Part shown: positions 7,644 to 11,946 of the stretch, piece by piece
Layout: the number at the start of each line of letters is the position of its first letter
Numbering within the stretch: the stretch's first letter is position 1
Assembly: GCA_027027485.1 (NCBI GenBank)
Contig: JALVLL010000131.1
Location: forward strand, 1 to 11,946
Length of the DNA: 11,946 bases
DNA from: Candidatus Bipolaricaulota bacterium
Lineage (GTDB): Bacteria; Bipolaricaulota; Bipolaricaulia; Bipolaricaulales; Bipolaricaulaceae
Direction: 5' to 3'
The notes under the pieces: model-generated
What the model saw: only the letters and a program-made list of their open reading frames with translations
The model's database searches: none
What the model was told of the DNA's origin: nothing
Program-made: the position numbers and the translations under genes

Positions 7644-8386
7644 GGCACCTTCGGGCGTTGGCGTTCCATTCCCTGAGGGCAAACCTGCGGCACCGTCAAG
7701 GTCTTTTCGCCGCAATGGCCCTTCTCGTGGCCATCGTCCCCGTGTTCCTCGGCATGCAGGACACGATCTCGAAGATCCTGAAAAGCGGGCCGTTGGACCT
7801 GGTGAGGCCCCATGTGACCGATGCCATCGGCCTCTCGGGGTATCTCGTGGCGCTCCTCTGTGTGGTCTTTCTGGGGGTGATGCTCGGCATAGGCCCCCTC
7901 ACCCAGGAGAAGGCCAAGGGGGCGTTGGAGGCGCTCCTCGCTACGCCCGTCTCGCCCTGGACGGTGTGGTGGGGTAAGTTCCTGGGTGGTTACCTCCCTT
8001 CGGTATTCATCGGGATCCCCTCGAGCCTGGGGGTCATCTGGGCCCTCGAGGCGGCGGTCATCGCTCCATCGGTAGGGCGAACCCTCCTTCCCACCGAGAT
8101 AGTCGCCGTGGTGGTCATCGGGGTCCCCATCTTGGGCCTCGGGATCGCGGCTTTGGTGAACCTACTGGGCCTCATCCTCCCGAACCCCAACATGGCGGCC
8201 TTGGGGATGGTGCTGGTGGTTATCGCCGTCTCCAACGCCCTTCCCCCGGCGGGGATAGGGTTCTCAAGCTGGGCCTTCGTCTCCGCCAACGCCGGCGTAG
8301 GCATCGCCGTACTGCTCATCTCCCTGGCCCTCGCCTCCCGCCTCCTCACCAAGGAGAGGATCGTCCTCAGCGCCCGACGGATCTGA
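7640..8386 (+). CDS. ABC-2 family transporter permease, about 6 TM segments.
   Basis: 248 aa and highly hydrophobic with several predicted helices. Translationally coupled to the upstream ATPase. Confidence 0.8.
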   Translation: MRHLRALAFHSLRANLRHRQGLFAAMALLVAIVPVFLGMQDTISKILKSGPLDLVRPHVTDAIGLSGYLVALLCVVFLGVMLGIGPLTQEKAKGALEALLATPVSPWTVWWGKFLGGYLPSVFIGIPSSLGVIWALEAAVIAPSVGRTLLPTEIVAVVVIGVPILGLGIAALVNLLGLILPNPNMAALGMVLVVIAVSNALPPAGIGFSSWAFVSANAGVGIAVLLISLALASRLLTKERIVLSARRI

Positions 8387-8399
8387 TCCCCCTCAGATC
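8380..8399. other. Perfect palindromic hairpin GATCTGA tccccc TCAGATC whose two stem arms contain the stop codons of the two convergent genes (TGA 8384-8386 on the + strand and TGA 8395-8393 on the - strand).
   Basis: I read it directly: a 7-bp stem and 6-nt loop with no U-tract on either side. Confidence 0.3.
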
Positions 8400-8722
8400 T
8401 CCACCCCTTCCTTTAAGGCCACGGAGACGATGCTTATCTCCCGGGCCTTCCTTTCCAACTCCTCAGGGGTGTAAGGCAATACCTCCAGCCTCAGGTCCCC
8501 GTCCCAGAGCCGGGCGATGCGCCGAATGCGCTCCAGGAAGTACATGCCGCGGAAATCCTCGGAAATCACGATGAGATCGATGTCGCTTGTTCTCAGGTGA
8601 TCGCCCCGGGCCCGGGAACCGAAGAGGATCATGCGCTGGATGCGGAATTCCCGGGAGAGCCTTTCCTTGAACTTGAGAAGCTCCTCCATCAGCCGATCTT
8701 CCGCAGCTCCTCCTCCACCCAT
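8393..8722 (-). CDS. Minimal nucleotidyltransferase (MNT, Pol-beta superfamily, PF01909-like).
   Basis: Contains the GSRARGDHLRTSDIDL (GS...DxD) catalytic motif. A start at 8722 (AGAGGTG SD 5 nt upstream) would overlap the HEPN 3' end by 34 nt. An alternative ATG at 8689-8687 gives the TGATG stop/start overlap. Confidence 0.88.
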   Translation of the reverse strand: MGGGGAAEDRLMEELLKFKERLSREFRIQRMILFGSRARGDHLRTSDIDLIVISEDFRGMYFLERIRRIARLWDGDLRLEVLPYTPEELERKAREISIVSVALKEGVEI

Positions 8723-9078
8723 CGCAGCACCTCTTCCGAGCGCCGGATGTAATCTTCCAGGATTTCGGGGCCGTACAGCGCGGCGGGGATCTCGTCGGTG
8801 GCATTGGGGTAACGGGAAACCACGTATTCGGCGGTAAGCTCCTTGAGGAAACGATGGTAACGTTGGGGGACCTCTAATTTCCGGGCCAATGCGATGGGGG
8901 AATGGGTGCGCCCCGGAAGCTCCTTTTCCCGGGCAAGGTAGAGGGCCTTCAAAGCCTTTTCCACCGCTTGGTGGCAGAAAAAGGCCGCTGCGTAGTATTT
9001 ATTTCCCGATGCGTTGTATTTAGCCATATCGAGGTCCTCCAAGGCTTGCTTCCACCACTTCGCCGCCTCTTCGCGCAT
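8689..9078 (-). CDS. HEPN domain protein (PF05168-like). It lacks an Rx4-6H motif.
   Basis: A helical HEPN signature, YYAAAFFCHQAVEKALKALYL ... SRYP, is present. The preferred start is the ATG at 9078, which begins the first helix (AKWWKQALEDL). The track start, a GTG at 9120, would overlap the WD40 gene 3' end by 14 nt. Neither start has a good SD. Confidence 0.8.
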   Translation of the reverse strand: MREEAAKWWKQALEDLDMAKYNASGNKYYAAAFFCHQAVEKALKALYLAREKELPGRTHSPIALARKLEVPQRYHRFLKELTAEYVVSRYPNATDEIPAALYGPEILEDYIRRSEEVLRWVEEELRKIG

Positions 9079-9106
9079 CGCCAAGGATCGTACCCGAGAT
9101 CGCTGA

Positions 9107-10063
9107 TCAAAACAGCTCACTTAACAACCAGAGGATCACGGTTTTATCGGCCGAGGAAGAGGCGAGGAACTTCCCGTCGGGACTGAAGGCGACGCCGGTC
9201 ACGGGCTTTTTGTGTTCCTTAAGGGTTGCGAGAAGATCTCCGGAAGCGGGATCCCAGAGGATGACCGTCCCGTCGCTGCAGGCCGAGGCGAGGACCTTCC
9301 CATCGGGGGAGAAGGCCACGTCGTTCACGTACCAACGATGCCCCTTGAGAACCCGAAGTAAGGTCCAGGAACCCACCTCCCAGAGCTTCACCAGGTAATC
9401 CGCGCCACACGTGGCGAGGAACTCCCCGTCCGGGGAGAAGGCCACCCCTCGGGCACCGCTTTCATGTGCGGAAAAGGCCTGGACCGGAGCCCCTGAGCTT
9501 GTTTCCCAGATATAGACGTTGCCATCCTTGGACGCGGCGGCTAGGCACCTCTCGTCCGGGGAGAAGGCCAGATCCCGTACTTCATCTTTGGGACCCGAAA
9601 GGAGATAAAGCCGTTGGTAGCCATCGGAAGAAACCGACCAGACCTCGACCTTTCCGGATGCCGCTCCCGCCGCGAGGAAGTTCCCTTTCGGGGAGAACAC
9701 CACCGACAACAGGGCCCCGGCGTGGGATTCAAGCACCTCGCAGTCCCCGAAATCCACGTCCCAGAGCCGTACCGCCCGCTCCATGGGGGCAACCGAGGCG
9801 ATGGTTTCGCCATCGGCGCTGAAGGAGACGGCCATTACCCGGTCGATGGAGCCCTTGAAGGGATAGACCTCCAACCCGAGCTCCACATCCCACAGGCGCA
9901 CGACCTTATCGAAACATCCCCCGGCGGTGACGATGTATTTGCCGTCCGGAGAGAAATCCAATCCCCAAATAGGGCCCGTATGCCCGGTGAGGATCCCGTA
10001 GGGCTCCTGGGAAAGCCCGACCAACGGGGTGAGAAGCAACGCCACCGCCCACAATCCCCTCAT
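9107..10063 (-). CDS. Secreted/periplasmic seven-bladed WD40 beta-propeller protein, 318 aa.
   Basis: Seven repeats of the pattern [FSPDG]-x-[LA]-[AS]...[LVI]W[DEs]. The N-terminal signal peptide is MRGLWAVALLLTPLVGLSQ. The start ATG at 10063 is preceded by AGGAGGTG 5 nt upstream. The 99-codon upstream extension in the ORF track lies in lower-GC non-coding-looking sequence. Confidence 0.85.
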   Translation of the reverse strand: MRGLWAVALLLTPLVGLSQEPYGILTGHTGPIWGLDFSPDGKYIVTAGGCFDKVVRLWDVELGLEVYPFKGSIDRVMAVSFSADGETIASVAPMERAVRLWDVDFGDCEVLESHAGALLSVVFSPKGNFLAAGAASGKVEVWSVSSDGYQRLYLLSGPKDEVRDLAFSPDERCLAAASKDGNVYIWETSSGAPVQAFSAHESGARGVAFSPDGEFLATCGADYLVKLWEVGSWTLLRVLKGHRWYVNDVAFSPDGKVLASACSDGTVILWDPASGDLLATLKEHKKPVTGVAFSPDGKFLASSSADKTVILWLLSELF

Positions 10064-10443
10064 CCTGCACCTCCTGATGGGTCCAGTCTGGAACGTCACG
10101 AAACGATAGTAAACCGCAAGGAGTCGACGAAAACCCCGTCCACAAAGATCCTTACCCTCGGTTAAGAGACCTTGCCATCCCGTGGCCAACCGATCTCCAA
10201 GATCTCCTTTTGTTTTTCTGCGTCTAAATCTTTTTGGATCCTTTTGCTCCATTATACATCCACCACACAGCCCCCCGCTCCCCAGGGTTTCAGGGGGCCC
10301 CATGGCCCGATAAGGTCCCTTGGGGGCCTGCCAGGAGACATCCTTTTGGTCAACACGCACGAGGAAGGGAATCGGGAACGATTTGGGTTAAACTAATTAG
10401 ATCTTCGCTCCGAGCTCCAACCTCGGAACCAAGGAGGCATTAC

Positions 10444-10893
10444 ATGGAGAGGACACTCGTGCTTCTCAAGCCGGATGCCGTGCAGAGGAGGCTTTTGGGG
10501 AGGATCATCTCCCGGATCGAGGAGAAGGGCCTGAAGATCGTGGCCATGAAGATGATGAAAGTCACCCGGGAGCTCGCCGAACGCCACTACGCCGAGCATA
10601 AGGAAAAGCCCTTCTTCGGCGAGCTCGTCTCCTTCATCACCTCCGGGCCCATCGTGGCCATGGTGGTAGAGGGGCCCAAGGCCATCGAGACGGTGAGGAA
10701 GATGATGGGGAAGACCGACCCCCTGGAGGCGGAGCCGGGCACCATCCGCGGCGATTACGGCCTCTCCATCACCATGAACTTAATCCACGGCTCCGACTCC
10801 GAAAAGACCGCGGCCAGGGAGATCCCCATCTTCTTCGCCGAGGACGAGATCTTGAGTTACGATATCGCCGATTCCCGTTGGCTTGGAGGGTGA
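10444..10893 (+). CDS. ndk: Nucleoside diphosphate kinase.
   Basis: [13 protein letters not shown]...[13 protein letters not shown]...TIRGDY...NLIHGSDS contains the active-site His and is 149 aa. AAGGAGG lies 6 nt upstream of the ATG at 10444. The track start at 10234 is a spurious upstream extension. Confidence 0.95.
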   Translation: MERTLVLLKPDAVQRRLLGRIISRIEEKGLKIVAMKMMKVTRELAERHYAEHKEKPFFGELVSFITSGPIVAMVVEGPKAIETVRKMMGKTDPLEAEPGTIRGDYGLSITMNLIHGSDSEKTAAREIPIFFAEDEILSYDIADSRWLGG

Positions 10894-10895
10894 AG

Positions 10896-11946
10896 ATGGA
10901 GCTTCCGGCCCGTTACGACCCGCGGAAAGTCGAGGACAGGATCCTGAAGTTCTGGCTCGATAGCCGCTTCTGGGTGGCGGATCCCAAGAGCCCCAAGCCC
11001 AAGTTCTCCATCGTCATCCCCCCGCCCAACGTCACCGGCCGCCTCCACATGGGCCACGCCCTCAACAACACCCTCCAGGACATCGTGGTCCGCTACAAGC
11101 GTATGGACGGGTATGAGGTCTGCTGGTACCCGGGCACCGACCATGCCGGCATCGCCACCCAGAACGTGGTGGAACAGGAGCTCGCCAAGGAGGGCCTCAC
11201 CCGCCATGACCTCGGGCGGGAGAAGTTCCTGGAGCGGGTCTGGGCCTGGAAGGAGAAGTACGGCAATGAGATCATCGAGCAGCTAAAGTCCCTGGGGGCC
11301 TCGTGCGATTGGTCCCGGCTCCGGTTCACCCTGGATCCGGGGTTCTCCCGGGCGGTGCGGGAGGCATTCGTCCGCTTCTGGGAGGAAGGGCTCATCTACC
11401 GCGGCGATTACATGATCAACTGGTGTCCCCGCTGCGGGACCACCCTCTCCGACATCGAGGTGGAGCACGAGGAGGTCCAGGGGCACCTCTACTATATCCG
11501 CTATCCCCTGGAAGAAGGGGGACATGTGGTGATCGCTACCACCCGCCCCGAGACCATGCTCGGGGATACCGCCGTGGCGGTGAACCCCGATGACCCCCGT
11601 TACAAGGACCTCATCGGGAAGACGGCGATCCTCCCCATCATCGGGAGGAGGCTCCCCATCATCGGGGCCCCGGAGGTGGACCCCGAGTTCGGGACAGGGG
11701 TCCTCAAGGTGACCCCGGGCCACGATCCCGTGGACTTCGAGATCGGGAAGCGCGAGGGGCTCCCCGTGGTGAACATCCTCAATCCCGACGGGACCATCAA
11801 CGAAAACGGCGGCCCCTTCGCCGGGATGGACCGCTACGCCGCCCGGGAGGCCATCGTGAAACGCCTGGAGGAGGAAGGGCTCCTCGAGCGGATCGAGCCC
11901 TACCGCCACGCCGTGGGCCACTGCTACCGCTGCCACACCCCGGTGG
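10896..11946 (+). CDS. valS: Valine--tRNA ligase, 5' portion (runs off the window end).
   Basis: I translated frame 3 from the ATG at 10896. It gives [14 protein letters not shown] (the HIGH motif), [13 protein letters not shown] and [18 protein letters not shown], as in bacterial ValS. GGAGGG lies 5 nt upstream, 2 nt after the ndk stop. This gene is not in the ORF track because no stop codon falls inside the window. Confidence 0.93.
   Translation, partial: MELPARYDPRKVEDRILKFWLDSRFWVADPKSPKPKFSIVIPPPNVTGRLHMGHALNNTLQDIVVRYKRMDGYEVCWYPGTDHAGIATQNVVEQELAKEGLTRHDLGREKFLERVWAWKEKYGNEIIEQLKSLGASCDWSRLRFTLDPGFSRAVREAFVRFWEEGLIYRGDYMINWCPRCGTTLSDIEVEHEEVQGHLYYIRYPLEEGGHVVIATTRPETMLGDTAVAVNPDDPRYKDLIGKTAILPIIGRRLPIIGAPEVDPEFGTGVLKVTPGHDPVDFEIGKREGLPVVNILNPDGTINENGGPFAGMDRYAAREAIVKRLEEEGLLERIEPYRHAVGHCYRCHTPV

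Noticed and set aside
10064-10360. N-terminal 99-codon extension of the WD40 ORF (the 417-aa version).
   Set aside because: A strong SD plus ATG plus signal peptide begin at 10063. The extension lies in lower-GC sequence without coding bias and overlaps the putative promoter.
11283-11936. 217-aa minus ORF and 96-aa + strand ORF inside valS.
   Set aside because: Shadow frames. The frame-3 + strand translation is unmistakably ValS (HMGH, WCPRC motifs).
1-11946. Looked for tRNA-like T-arm signatures (GTTCRANYC), CRISPR-style direct repeats, IS terminal inverted repeats and integrase/transposase ORFs.
   Set aside because: None found by eye. The GGAGGAGGAG runs and the PGEFPGEF-encoding near-palindrome at 2931-2950 are codon-level low complexity, not repeat elements.

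Overview
This is a gene-dense window of about 65% GC with a strong G/C bias at third codon positions and GGAGG-type ribosome-binding sites. It is clearly bacterial, and the protein composition looks thermophile-like. I can support 15 protein-coding genes on both strands and found no rRNA, tRNA, CRISPR array, transposase or integrase. Three housekeeping genes (tpiA, ndk, and the 5' end of valS) are interleaved with four accessory-looking modules. Module 1 (1-1711) is a 5'-truncated ORF ending in an extremely Cys/Trp/Pro-rich tail, then an unrecognised 157-aa orphan on the opposite strand, then a CPBP (CAAX/Abi) intramembrane protease with all three catalytic motifs. Module 2 (1719-3754) is a signal-peptide alpha/beta-hydrolase (PqaA/PhoPQ-related-like) translationally coupled to tpiA. 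Module 3 (3959-8386) is a same-strand run: a stomatin-like SPFH protein, a metallo-beta-lactamase-fold hydrolase, and then, after a perfect TATAAT, an M20 peptidase whose stop overlaps an ABC-2 ATPase, which in turn overlaps its permease. Module 4 (8393-10063) is a minus-strand operon: a signal-peptide seven-blade WD40 beta-propeller, then a HEPN protein that lacks the Rx4-6H nuclease motif, then a minimal nucleotidyltransferase (MNT) joined to it by a 1-nt stop/start overlap. Modules 1 and 4 are the most likely to hold something undescribed. Both need the flanking sequence and homology searches that I cannot run here. Most of the long ORFs in the supplied track that lie on the strand opposite these genes are high-GC shadow frames.
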